DNA of 64,000 nt from positions 2,418,001-2,482,000 of the forward strand of contig OZ251222.1 in the NCBI GenBank assembly GCA_965240325.2, in the 5' to 3' direction. This DNA comes from Rebecca billardiae RCC1528 (lineage: Eukaryota > Protista > Haptophyta). The notes under the pieces are model-generated. The model ran no database searches. It was not told the origin of the DNA and saw nothing but the letters and a program-made list of their open reading frames with translations. Every line of letters starts with the position of its first letter. The first letter of the stretch is position 1. Positions 9,701-21,171 of the stretch are shown one piece after another. Position numbers and translations under genes: made by a program.

Positions 9701-12700
9701 GCGCGACTGAGCGATGATGCGCGCGCCGGGCGGGCGCGCCGACACGTGAGCAGTGCGCCCGGGTGCCGCTCGACGCGCACGCGCGCGCCCGGCCGCACGG
9801 CGTCTCCTCCACGCGGCCCCATGTCCCGGCTCAGAGCGAGCAGCTGACAGCAGCTGGTCTTCACGATCTGCGGCGGCGGCGAGCAGCTACGACTGCTACG
9901 GGGGCCTCAGAGCGCGGCGAGGACGAGCTAGCTGGGCGAGATCCGGGTGCGGGGTGCTCGGCGCGGCCCAGGCGCACCGAGCCCACGTGCCAGCGAGGTG
10001 GCGCGGCGCGCCGCGCGCGCGCGCTCGCGCGCCGACTTTTGTCGGGTCAGATCAGCTTACGGCAGCTCACGGCCTCAGCCGACGGCTGCGACCAGCGGCG
10101 GCTAGCTCAGCAGAGCGGCGCGACTGAGCGATGATGCGCGCGCCGGGCGGGCACGCCGACGCGTGAGCAGTGCGCCCCGGGGCCGCTCGACGCGCACGCG
10201 CGCGCCCGGCCGCACGGCGCCTCCTCCTCGCGGCCCCATGTCCCGGCTCAGAGCGAGCAGCTGACAGCAGCTGGTCTTCACGATCTGCGGCGGCGGCGAG
10301 CAGCTACGACTGCTACGGGGGCCTCAGAGCGCGGCGAGGACGAGCTAGCTGGGCGAGATCCGGGTGCGGGGTGCTCTGCGTGGCCCAGGCACACCGAGCC
10401 CACGTGCCAGCGGGGCGGCGCGGCGCCGCGCGCGCGCGCGCGCTCGCGCCGACTTTTGTCGGGTCAGATCAGCTGACGGCAGCTCACGGCCTCAGCCGAC
10501 GGCTGCGACCAGCGGCGGCTAGCTCAGCAGAGCGGCGCGACTGAGCGATGATGCGCGCGCCGGGCGGGCACGCCGACGCGTGAGCAGTGCGCCCCGGGGC
10601 CGCTCGACGCGCACGCGCGCGCCCGGCCGCACGGCGCCTCCTCCTCGCGGCCCCATGTCCCGGCTCAGAGCGAGCAGCTGACAGCAGCTGGTCTTCACGA
10701 TCTGCGGCGGCGGCGAGCAGCTACGACTGCTACGGGGGCCTCAGAGCGCGGCGAGGACGAGCTAGCTGGGCGAGATCCGGGTGCGGGGTGCTCTGCGTGG
10801 CCCAGGCACACCGAGCCCACGTGCCAGCGGGGCGGCGCAGCGCCGCGCGCGCGCGCGCGCTCGCGCCGACTTTTGTCGGGTCAGATCAGCTGACGGCAGC
10901 TCACGGCCTCAGCCGACGGCTGCGACCAGCGGCGGCTAGCTCAGCAGAGCGGCGCGACTGAGCGATGATGCGCGCGCCGGGCGGGCACGCCGACGCGTGA
11001 GCAGTGCGCCCCGGGGCCGCTCGACGCGCACGCGCGCGCCCGGCCGCACGGCGCCTCCTCCTCGCGGCCCCATGTCCCGGCTCAGAGCGAGCAGCTGACA
11101 GCAACTGGTCTTCACGATCTGCGGCGGCGGCGAGCAGCTACGACTGCTACGGGGACCTCAGAGCGCGGCGAGGACGCGCGGGCTGGGCGCGATCGGGGTG
11201 CGGGACGCTCGGCGCGGCCCAGGCGCACCGAGCCCACGTGCCAGCGAGGTGGCGCGGCGCGCCGCGCGCGCGCGCTCGCGCGCCGACTTTTGTCGGGTCA
11301 GATCAGCTTACGGCAGCTCACGGCCTCAGCCGACGGCTGCGACCAGCGGCGGCTAGCTCAGCAGAGCGGCGCGACTGAGCGATGATGCGCGCGCCGGGCG
11401 GGCGCGCCGACACGTGAGCAGTGCGCCCGGGTGCCGCTCGACGCGCACGCGCGCGCCCGGCCGCACGGCGTCTCCTCCACGCGGCCCCATGTCCCGGCTC
11501 AGAGCGAGCAGCTGACAGCAGCTGGTCTTCACGATCTGCGGCGGCGGCGAGCAGCTACGACTGCTACGGGGGCCTCAGAGCGCGGCGAGGACGAGCTAGC
11601 TGGGCGAGATCCGGGTGCGGGGTGCTCGGCGCGGCCCAGGCGCACCGAGCCCACGTGCCAGCGAGGTGGCGCGGCGCGCCGCGCGCGCGCGCTCGCGCGC
11701 CGACTTTTGTCGGGTCAGATCAGCTTACGGCAGCTCACGGCCTCAGCCGACGGCTGCGACCAGCGGCGGCTAGCTCAGCAGAGCGGCGCGACTGAGCGAT
11801 GATGCGCGCGCCGGGCGGGCACGCCGACGCGTGAGCAGTGCGCCCCGGGGCCGCTCGACGCGCACGCGCGCGCCCGGCCGCACGGCGCCTCCTCCTCGCG
11901 GCCCCATGTCCCGGCTCAGAGCGAGCAGCTGACAGCAGCTGGTCTTCACGATCTGCGGCGGCGGCGAGCAGCTACGACTGCTACGGGGGCCTCAGAGCGC
12001 GGCGAGGACGAGCTAGCTGGGCGAGATCCGGGTGCGGGGTGCTCTGCGTGGCCCAGGCACACCGAGCCCACGTGCCAGCGGGGCGGCGCGGCGCCGCGCG
12101 CGCGCGCGCGCTCGCGCCGACTTTTGTCGGGTCAGATCAGCTGACGGCAGCTCACGGCCTCAGCCGACGGCTGCGACCAGCGGCGGCTAGCTCAGCAGAG
12201 CGGCGCGACTGAGCGATGATGCGCGCGCCGGGCGGGCACGCCGACACGTGAGCAGTGCGCCCCGGGGCCGCTCGACGCGCACGCGCGCGCCCGGCCGCAC
12301 GGCGCCTCCTCCTCGCGGCCCCATGTCCCGGCTCAGAGCGAGCAGCTGACAGCAGCTGGTCTTCACGATCTGCGGCGGCGGCGAGCAGCTACGACTGCTA
12401 CGGGGGCCTCAGAGCGCGGCGAGGACGAGCTAGCTGGGCGAGATCGGGGTGCGGGGCACTCGGCGCGGCCCAGGCACACCGAGCCCACGTGCCAGCGGGG
12501 CGGCGCCGCGCCGCGCGCGCGCGCGCTCGCGCGCCGACTTTTGTCGGGTCAGATCAGCCTACGGCAGCTCACGGCCTCAGCCGACGGCTGCGACCAGCGG
12601 CGGCTAGCTCAGCAGAGCGGCGCGACTGAGCGATGATGCGCGCGCCGGGCGGGCGCGCCGACGCGTGAGCAGTGCGCCCAGGGGCCGCTCGACGCGCACG

Positions 12701-13001
12701 CGCGCGCCCGGCCGCACGGCGCCTCCTCCACGCGGCCCCATGTCCCGGCTCAGAGCGAGCAGCTGACAGCAGCTGGTCTTCACGATCTGCGGCGGCGGCG
12801 AGCAGCTACGACTGCTACGGGGGCCTCAGAGCGCGGCGAGGACGAGCTAGCTGGGCGAGATCCGGGTGCGGGGCACTCGGCGCGGCCCAGGCACACCGAG
12901 CCCACGTGCCAGCGGGGCGGCGCCGCGCCGCGCGCGCGCGCGCTCGCGCGCCGACTTTTGTCGGGTCAGATCAGCCTACGGCAGCTCACGGCCTCAGCCG
13001 A
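6744..13001 (+). repeat. Tandem satellite, 15 x 417 bp, with a 4-monomer (1668 bp) higher-order repeat
   Basis: Equivalent positions recur exactly every 417 bp (6834, 7251 ... 12672). Variant order A B C D B B C D B B C D B A A. Confidence 0.98.
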
Positions 13002-13012
13002 GGCTGCTCACT

Positions 13013-13806
13013 TAGTCCCTCACAAGTTTAAGCCTCCCGACATTGTTCGCCATATCAGCGCAGCAAAGCAGCGGCGCGCCACCATACCAGGGGCGTACTT
13101 GGCCCACTCCACTGCCGTGCACATGAGGTGCGCCCGGACCCGATTGCTCGAGTCCTCGCAAATAGGCGTGGCTGTGCATCCTGGGTTGACGTTTGGTACC
13201 CGGCGGCCGGCGAGCTCGACTGGCGGCGAGCAGACCTGCCTGCGTGCCGCCGGCTGTCGGCAGCCTCCGTGCGCTGAGCCGCGCGCCGCGCGGTGCGTGT
13301 GCGACGTAGCTCCGCCCACGCCACGCATGCACCCTCGCGCCGCGCCGCCAGCTTGGCGCTGCCGTCAGCCAGAGCCGATCGAGTGCATGCCCGAGCCTGC
13401 TCCGAGAGCATCAATATGGGCTGCGTGTGGCTGCGCGTGCACTTTCGTCGCCTAATTTTGCCAGCGTCGAGTTGGCGCGTGGCACGCCCACCGTAGCAGC
13501 ACGACTCCCGAATGCACAAAAGCCGGGGGTCAGCTGAATTAATGCAGCTCACACGACCGCGCTCCACGCCGAAAACCAGCCCGTAGCTGCCCGCCGGCTG
13601 GCTCGTGCATGCGCACCGACTGCCGGGCGCATCGACACCGTGGCGCACAGAGCGCGGGTGCCGCGGCCGGGTGGGTATGTACTGACGCGGCTGGGCCTGG
13701 TGCATGCGCGGGCGGATGGGCTCTGCCCGGGTCGGCGCGTAGCGGGCGTGCGGGCTGAGACAAAGTCGTGCCTGCTGCAGCCGGCAACTAAATTTGTGGG
13801 TCCCTA
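13013..13806 (+). repeat. 794 bp long direct repeat, right copy
   Basis: Copy of 4054-4847 at offset 8959. Confidence 0.97.
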
Positions 13807-14397
13807 TATTAGAGGGGTCAGAGCCCCACTGTGGCGTGTGTCCCGTGTGTGGCCCAAAATCCAACTTTCTGTCGTCTTGAGATGAGGCTCTCAAACTTCG
13901 GGATGTCAATATTCGCCTGAAATGACCTGGGGTCACTCGCTGACAAGTTTTGCGAAAAAATGTCACATACTGGTCACTGGAGATATACGACCTCAATCTC
14001 GACGCGATGTCTGCAACATTAGTAGGGGAGATACACGATTACACGATCTCCAAGGTGATCTCGCTATTTGCACCAGAATCGCACCTGCTAGATCACATTT
14101 TGACAGCCTGAAATTATTGGCACAGGCGGATTCTACACCCTGATGGAATTAAGCGGTAAGCCTAAACGAACTTAAACGGACTCAAACAGTTTAATAAACT
14201 GATGAGGAGATATTTCATATATTTTGATATTTCAGGAGATTGTGTCACTCGGGAGTGTAACGGTCGGAGCTGCTCTGACCCCACGACTAAACTTGCATTA
14301 TACATCAGAATCACATGTAAGTGAGGCGATGTAGTGACATTATGACTAAGTGCCTGACTGACTCAGTACTACTAGGTCTAGTACTACGACCACCTCG

Positions 14398-15830
14398 ACG
14401 ATTGCCGGGTGGGAAGGGAGGCAATTTTCGTGAGAATCGACAACGGGATTTCAGACCCGAACTCTAAGCCAGTAACTTACTTGGGGTACCCCAAGTAATC
14501 GGAGTACGTTAATTCTTTCAGGCTCCCGCCAAGCGCTTTGATTAGGAGTTCCAAGCTGGCTCAAAGCTTTGCCCGCTCGGCTCCAAGCCAGGGCAAACCG
14601 CGAGCCCCGAGCTTCGGGGGGGCTCGAAGGTGGGCGGCTGGCAGGCGCACGGCGGTAGCCTGCGAGCGAGGGGGGGCGGCACTGCCCTGCGCGGTGCGCG
14701 CTGGTGTAGCTGCCGACGTGCCCGTGTAGGCGGCATGCCAGCCTCAGATTGATTGGTTGCGTCCCACTGCGCCTTGCCCCCCGTCACCCAGCGTCGCTTG
14801 GGTACAGTCTTGGCCTCTCGCGGGAAAGCGGCGGCCCAGTGTGGCGGCGGGCCGCAAGATGAGAGTGTGGTGCACTGCTGGGCTGACGCGCGGCGCGCTG
14901 TGCAGCTCGGCGTGGCTATGTACACATGTAATCGCGATGTGCTGTCCCCCGTAGTCACGACAAGTACGCCACCAGTCCAAGCACGCACGTCCAGGAGGCC
15001 GCCTGCGCCATACAGCTTCCGAGCGGAACCGGCCGCACCCGCGACGCGACGGCGACACAGATGGATAATGCCTCAAACGTCTGCATGCTCATGCGGCATT
15101 GCTGGTTGCAGGATGTGCGCATGGGATGCGCTCAGGGCAGTATTCGCAACCCGCTCACCTACAGCTCCTCGTGAGAGCTCGGCCACGGATGGACTTGTGC
15201 CAGTTGGAACGCTTTGAAAAGCTACGACGGCTCGTGCTGTAGCTCTTGCGCAGACGTGCGAGGCCGCATGGCGCGCAACTGAGTAGGGCTATACACCGTC
15301 AGCAGCCCTCGCTCACTCCTCGTTGACTGTCCAGTGTCACTCATTCACACGGCTGCAGCACGATCAGGCGGCGCCCGCTGCTCGCCAATTGGCAGCGTGG
15401 GCGCGCGCACTGACCAGAGGCGGCAAGGTAGCAGCGAGCGACGCTGGCTACTCTTAGTTCACGTCTCTGATGGCGCTCCAGACCACTTCCCAGCTGCACG
15501 GCCGCACGCGCTCCGTGCTATGCGACGTTAGCGGTCGCAAGACCGCTCGCCCCGCAATCGCCCGCACAACCCAACTTTTGGCCGCCTTCGCGGCCTCTGC
15601 CCGTCTTTCGGTGTTTCCAATTCGCCGCGGGCCCGCGCGATCCCGCGCCGCCCGCGCAACGAAGTACTTTCATCACTTGTACGGCTTGTACCGCTCGGCT
15701 CCCCTTTCTTTGCCGAAGAACGGGCATCTGCGTGTGTTTTGCACGGCTGAAAGTTCGTGTGTCTATGTGGGTACTCGTTCTTTCGTTTGAGAATTCACGA
15801 AAACTGCCCACCCGCCCACCCGGCAATCGT
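14398..15830. mobile_element. Non-autonomous TIR element (~1.43 kb)
   Basis: ACGATTGCCGGGTGGG..GGCAATTTTCGTGA at 14398 is inverted relative to TCACGAAAACTGCC..CCCACCCGGCAATCGT ending at 15830 (16 bp perfect, ~35 bp imperfect). No TSD resolved; no credible CDS inside. Confidence 0.65.
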
Positions 15831-15896
15831 TGTGGTGTAGTATCAGTATGCCTGACGTCGTATCGATAGTGTTACTACTACTGACTAGTTAACATT

Positions 15897-15899
<3 letters not shown>

Positions 15900-15929
<30 letters not shown>
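15900..15929. repeat. (TA)n microsatellite
   Basis: About 15 TA units. Confidence 0.95.
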
Positions 15930-15932
<3 letters not shown>

Positions 15933-16026
15933 GGCATGGTCGTAATGCGGCGCACCATCAAAGTTGACGCCTCGACTTTCAGAAGGCCACGGTAGTAGAG
16001 ATTGGCGTCGACGGCTCAGGCATGCG

Positions 16027-19000
16027 TCACAAATCGCGCGACGACGATGCTCGCCTACTGCTGTTGCTGCCTGCTGGGGCCGCTTGCCTGGAAGTGACAG
16101 TCGTCACTTGCACCGCTCGACCATTACCGCCCTTTGACGACTCGGATGTTTCCGACTGGTTCGTCTTGCGGCGTAGGACGAAATTGCTGAAGATGCGCAT
16201 GTACTGCAAGAAACTCCTCATCTCGCCCTGCGGCGTGCAATTCGCGGGACAGACGGCCGCGCGCGCGCGTTCAGAGCCGCGGTGACTGCCACCCAACGCG
16301 CGCACATGGCGGGATGCGCAGCACGAGATTTCACTGCGCGCACCTGCGGTCCCACGAGCGCGCAAAGCGGCATGAAGAATAGCAGCGCGTATGAGATGCT
16401 GAGCGAGATCACTACCGTGATCAGGACCGCCATCTGCGCGCAGCGCATGCAGGTTGCACCGGGCGAGGGGTGGTGAGCTGAGCGCCGGGCGCGGGCCGTG
16501 CCTGTGCCGTGCGCGGCGCACAGGCGCGCAGCCTGGGGGGCGGGCGCGAGCCGAGCGCGCAGCAGCTTGCCTTTGTGAAGAACGTCATCTGTGCGGGGAA
16601 CATGAACAGACCCGAGCCACCCGTGGTGATCGCGCCCGCGAGGACTGTGATGCCCATCTGCGTGAGCGCGTCCGACGTCTTCTCCGAGCGGCTCGGCTGC
16701 GCAGACTCTCGGTACGCGTGGCCGAGGTGCACCACAAAGTCGACGCTGAAGCCGATGACGATCGTGGACGAGATCGACTCGGCGACGCCGAGGCCCCAGC
16801 CCATCACCGCCTGGCAGAACCCGAGCGTCGTGCCCACGATCATCGCGATCGCCACGATCGCGTACACCGAGAGCATCGGCGAGCCGGTCGCGACGACAAG
16901 CACGCAGAAGGCGACCGGGAAGCAGATCGTGAAGCCCTGCAGCACGCCGTCGACGAGCGCTCGCTCGGTGACGACCCACGTGAAGTGGCGGCCGGCGTAC
17001 ACGTACGGCTTCTCGCCGAGCTTCGCCGCGCCCCTGCGCCCCGCGAGCACGCCGCGCAGCGCGTCGCGGATCGCGTCCATGTACTGGAACGTGGTGCTGA
17101 ACGGCTGGCCGCTCAGCAGCGTCGCCGTGAACGGCACCTCGACGTACTTGAGCGTGCCGTCGATGAAGCCGATCGAGCTGGCGGTCTCGTAGCCGGACTC
17201 CTGGCTGAACTCCTGGAGCAGCTCGAGGAACTCGTCGCCAGTCGGCCGGTGCTCGCCGCCGTCGTACTCGCCGTGCCGCGTCGCGTTGAACTTGGTCTCG
17301 TTGTACCACGCGTCGAAGTCCTCGAGGGGGCACTCGAGCGTGTTGGGCCGGACGAGCCGCCCAAAGCCGCCGACGCACGCGTCGACGGCGCAGGGCGCGT
17401 CGCGCAGGCCGTCGCACAGACGCAGCAGCGCGCTGTGCGCGTCGGCGTCGCGCAGGTCGAACGTGTCGTCGAACACGGCCTCGCCTCGGTTCTGGTCCGG
17501 GAACCAGCGCGAGAAGTCCGGGCGCGACACGCCCGAGATGCCCAGCACCACGGTCATCTCTATGTAGTCGTCCTCCGCGCCGCTCAGGAAGCGCTCGCTC
17601 GAGAGGTCGCCAAAGCCGGTGTACATGTGGTCCGGCGTGAACCACTGCTCCTGCTCGGTCGGCGGCTGCAGCTGCGAGGCGTAGTACGAGCCCACGCCGC
17701 CGAGCGTCGCGAAGGCCAGCACGAGCGCGAGCGAGAGCGGCTTGAGCCACGGCGCGCGCGCGAGCGGCGCCCAGTTGAGCGCGGGCGCGTAGTACTGCTG
17801 GAAGAGCCGCTCGATCAGCCGCAGCTTGGACGCGTCGGCGGCGCCGTCGGCGGCCGGCGCGGCGCGAGAGCGCGCGGCGAGCTCGTCGTCCCCGCCGCGC
17901 CCCGCCGCCGACGTCGAGCGCGGCGTGTCGGCGACCGGCAGCGGCAGCACGGCCTCGGCGTCCGCGCGCTCGGCGCCGTCGACGCCCATCGGCACGCGCG
18001 TCACCGTGCGCCCGCGCGCCCACGCCCAGCACGAGGACAGCTCGTTCTCCCAGATCAGCACGATCGTAGGAAAAAGCGTGATGGTGAGCACGTAGTTGAT
18101 GATGATCGCGACCGCCGCGTAGATGCCGAACGACGAGATGGGCATCACCGGGTTGAGCGCGGTCGCAAAGAAGGCGGACGCCGTCGTGAGTGACGTGTTG
18201 AACACGCCCTGCGCCGTGTGCGTCCACGTGGAGTGGACGCGCTTGAACTGCGTGTCGAGCTCCGGCCTGAGCCGCGCCTGCTTCCACGCGTCCACGTACA
18301 CGAACACGTCGTCCGCGCCCACGCCGAGCACGAGGAACACCGTGAGGATGTGCAGCTGCGTGAAGTAGGAGATCCCGCCGACCGCGCGGTAGAAGAAGAA
18401 CGCGAGCGGCAGCGACGAGAAGATCTGCAGCATCGAGAGGCAGCCGAGGAAGAGCGAGAAGGTGTGCAGCGAGATGTAGATGAGCACGAAGCCCACCGAG
18501 CCCACCACGTACAAGAAGTCGTTGTCCACCATCCGCGTGAACTCGAAGTCGGACCATGGGCCCACGTACCGCACGTCCAGCGGGCCGCGCTGCGCCGCCG
18601 ACGGGTAGTCGCCCGACTCGGTCGCCGGCTCGGATGAGCGGTACGCCGAGCGCGACGGCTGGTCGACCATGCCGAAGAAGCGCCAGTACGCCTGCTCCGC
18701 GCTGCGGTGGTACGCGCGGTACTTGCCGCGCTGCTCGTCCTCGCGGTCGTCGATGTCGTCGTAGCCGTCGAGCGGCCGGCCGCTCACGACCAGAGCCGAG
18801 CGCGTGATCTGCGTGCGGCCCGTCTTCTCCACGTCCTTCGAGAGGAAGAAGCCGAGCAGCGAGCGCAGGTCGTCCGAGTGGTCGAGCAGCTCGATGATCT
18901 GCGCCGTCCGGTTGGCCACGTACCCAGCGTCGAGCTCGTCGCACACGCGCTGGTGCCCGTCGAAGAGCGCGGCCTCGTCCGTGGGCGCGCCGTCGTCGAC

Positions 19001-19708
19001 CATGTCCACGGCGGGCACGCCGCCGTACAGCTGCAGCATGCCCAGCTCGGTCTCGTCGCGCCCGCGGAAGGAGTAGTTGGCGTGGGACGGCGAGTAGGTC
19101 GGGTACCACGGCGACCACGCCAGGTAGAACAGCGAGACGATCGACATCGCCTGCTTCGCGCACCGGGTGTTCTCGCCGTGGCGCTTGTCGTGCGTGTGCC
19201 CGAGGAAGCTCTCGCCGTCGTAACACATGCGCGGGTAGTCGCGGTGCGAGAGCAGCACGTTCTCAACCTCGCACATCGCCTTGAGCGACGCCGGCGTGAT
19301 GACCGACTCGTTCGATCCGAGGCCCTTGTGCTGATACACGATGGCAAGCTGGTCGCGCTCGTTCGAGCGCGGCTCGTCCTCATCGTCGTCGTCGCGGTGG
19401 TCGTCCAGCCGTCGTCGCCGCCGCCGCTGCTGCCGCCGCTCACGGAGCATGCGCCGCGTGTCGCGGTGATCCCGCGCCCACTCGATGGCGTCGCGTTGCT
19501 CGCTCTGCTCCGACTCGGAGACAGTCCAGTCGTAGCTCGTCGGCTCGGTCATCTCCACCATGAACTTGTACTGTGCCACGCTCACCGCTGAGAGCGCGAT
19601 TACGATGGCGATGCACAGGACGAACACTTTGCCATAGTGGCGCGTCAGCGCACGGCAGTAGTGAAACGCGAAGCCGCCTCCGCGCATCGGGACCCCGTCG
19701 CTCCCCAT
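16027..19708 (-). CDS. Dispatched/Patched-family sterol-sensing-domain RND membrane protein (exons 19708-16571, 16433-16344, 16227-16027)
   Basis: Two-half multi-TM layout with large loops; TM4 motif LGVGADDVF and TM10 motif IGFSVDFVVH. Splice model gives ..FFTK|MAVLI..VGPQ|GEMRS..; the first intron has a GC donor. Confidence 0.9.
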
Positions 19709-19828
19709 TTCACGGCCGCGAATGGTGAGGCCGAGGGGTCACGGGGTGGACCCCACAGTGGACCCTGCTTGATGGGTGAGGACGAACGATGGATGACTGC
19801 CAACGATCGACGATTCGGGAATGGGCCA

Positions 19829-19907
19829 ATGGGAAGACCCACAAGCCTTCCGATGGTTTGGTGCTGATAGAAAGTTGATACACGTACCGTCGTCGTAAGT
19901 ACACTTT
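19829..19907 (+). repeat. 79 bp perfect direct repeat, copy 1
   Basis: Identical to 21093-21171. Confidence 0.97.
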
Positions 19908-20165
19908 ACAAATTGTCCAATACCCTTTTCCTCTGAAAGGGCCAAAACAGGCAGACTGCAGACGATGATAAATCGAATAAAATAACAAATTCCGCACCAT
20001 CGCCGCGCGATGTGCCCTTGCGATCGAGTTGGGCCAAATGGGTCGGGAACAACGGACCGCGTGCGAGCCCCGGCCCGGACCGCCGTCCGCGCGCGAAAGC
20101 AACCCAAAGCGATCCACTGACCGAGCACCGGCAAACGGCCCACACCCCTCGCCCATCCTCTGCCC

Positions 20166-20996
20166 ATGGCGTCGCACCTGCTGCTCGCGACGGTCGCCAC
20201 CGTGCCGGCGCACGCGCCCATGACTCCGGAGCTCGCTCCGCGCCGCGTGCGCACCGATGCTTACGATGGCGACTCAGCTCGCGCCGTGCATCACGTCGGA
20301 GCGCTCGTGGACGCCGAGGCGGACTCAGATCGTGAGTGCATCGAGAACCTCCTGGTGCGCAGCGCCTTCACGCAGCACCTCCAACGCGACGGCATGTGCT
20401 GGGGCGTGGTGCCGGGAGCGGTGAGTGGCGCGCAGATCGTCATGCGCGACGAGACGCGCCGCTCCAGCCTCGCACCATGCACCGTGCTGCGAGCAGTGGA
20501 CAGCAACCGACAGCAGTCTCCCTCCGTTGCGTACGAGGTGCTCAAACCCGACGGCAGCACCGTCCTCGCCGAGTGCGGGCAGATCTCGCTGGCGAGCTCG
20601 CCGCTGCAGCTCTCTCGGCAGGGCCTCGTGCTGCCCGGGTGCACGGTGCGAATCCACGCCGGCGACGCCGATCACGAGATGCGCGGGGTGGTGACAGGAG
20701 CGCATCCGGCGGCACTGGTCGGAGCACAGCAGCGCTCCCTCCCGTGGTACGAGGTGCGCGCGGACGACGGCACTGTGCACGAGTTGCGCGCCGCGCAATT
20801 CGAGCTGGCGACCACGGGGGAGCGCGAACTCACGCCAGAGGAGCACCTTCGGTACCTGCACGCGCAGCCGGGCGCGCAGCAGCGTGATGCTGGCTCCTGC
20901 GGCGCCGGAGGCAGAGCCGATGACACCCCAACTCACACGCACACGCAGTTCAGACTACCGAATGTGCTTTCTGATTGGTTGGAGGGTAGCTTTTAG
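20166..20996 (+). CDS. Hypothetical protein 276 aa with two possible small beta-barrel (SH3/Tudor-like) motifs
   Basis: ATG-started intronless ORF with coding-like composition; internal similarity YEVLKPDGSTV / WYEVRADDGTV. Confidence 0.65.
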   Translation: MASHLLLATVATVPAHAPMTPELAPRRVRTDAYDGDSARAVHHVGALVDAEADSDRECIENLLVRSAFTQHLQRDGMCWGVVPGAVSGAQIVMRDETRRSSLAPCTVLRAVDSNRQQSPSVAYEVLKPDGSTVLAECGQISLASSPLQLSRQGLVLPGCTVRIHAGDADHEMRGVVTGAHPAALVGAQQRSLPWYEVRADDGTVHELRAAQFELATTGERELTPEEHLRYLHAQPGAQQRDAGSCGAGGRADDTPTHTHTQFRLPNVLSDWLEGSF

Positions 20997-21092
20997 CCGG
21001 GCGCCTTCTCCCCCAGGCGAGCGCGGCGCGCGCGCGGCTGCGACTCGGCGTTCGCGCTCGACCTGTACGGCAGCCGCTCCGGACTCGCTGCG

Positions 21093-21171
21093 ATGGGAAG
21101 ACCCACAAGCCTTCCGATGGTTTGGTGCTGATAGAAAGTTGATACACGTACCGTCGTCGTAAGTACACTTT
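21093..21171 (+). repeat. 79 bp perfect direct repeat, copy 2
   Basis: Identical to 19829-19907; followed by an extra CACTTT. Confidence 0.97.

Larger units (their letters stand above)
4054..13806 (+). mobile_element. Composite Tc1/IS630-type element: 794 bp direct repeat / transposase / 417 bp satellite / 794 bp direct repeat
   Basis: Direct repeats 4054-4847 and 13013-13806 each begin and end in TA. Outer flanks reconstruct the empty site ATA-TA-TAT. Inner segment 4848-13012 is bounded by inverted AGTGAGCAG/CTGCTCACT and contains a DDE transposase. Confidence 0.85.

Noticed and set aside
6744-13001. Fifteen 124 aa genes, or hammerhead retrozymes, in the satellite
   Set aside because: GTG-started Arg/Ala-rich ORFs are expected in GC-rich DNA and stop in each unit; no CUGANGA..GAAA core found on either strand.
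4054-13806. LTR retrotransposon or DIRS element
   Set aside because: No gag, RT, integrase or tyrosine recombinase; no TG..CA ends or PBS; the only enzyme is a Tc1-type DDE and the flanks are TA.
16218-19226. 1002 aa alternative-frame ORF and other long overlapping ORFs
   Set aside because: Shadows of high-GC3 codon usage in the real gene.
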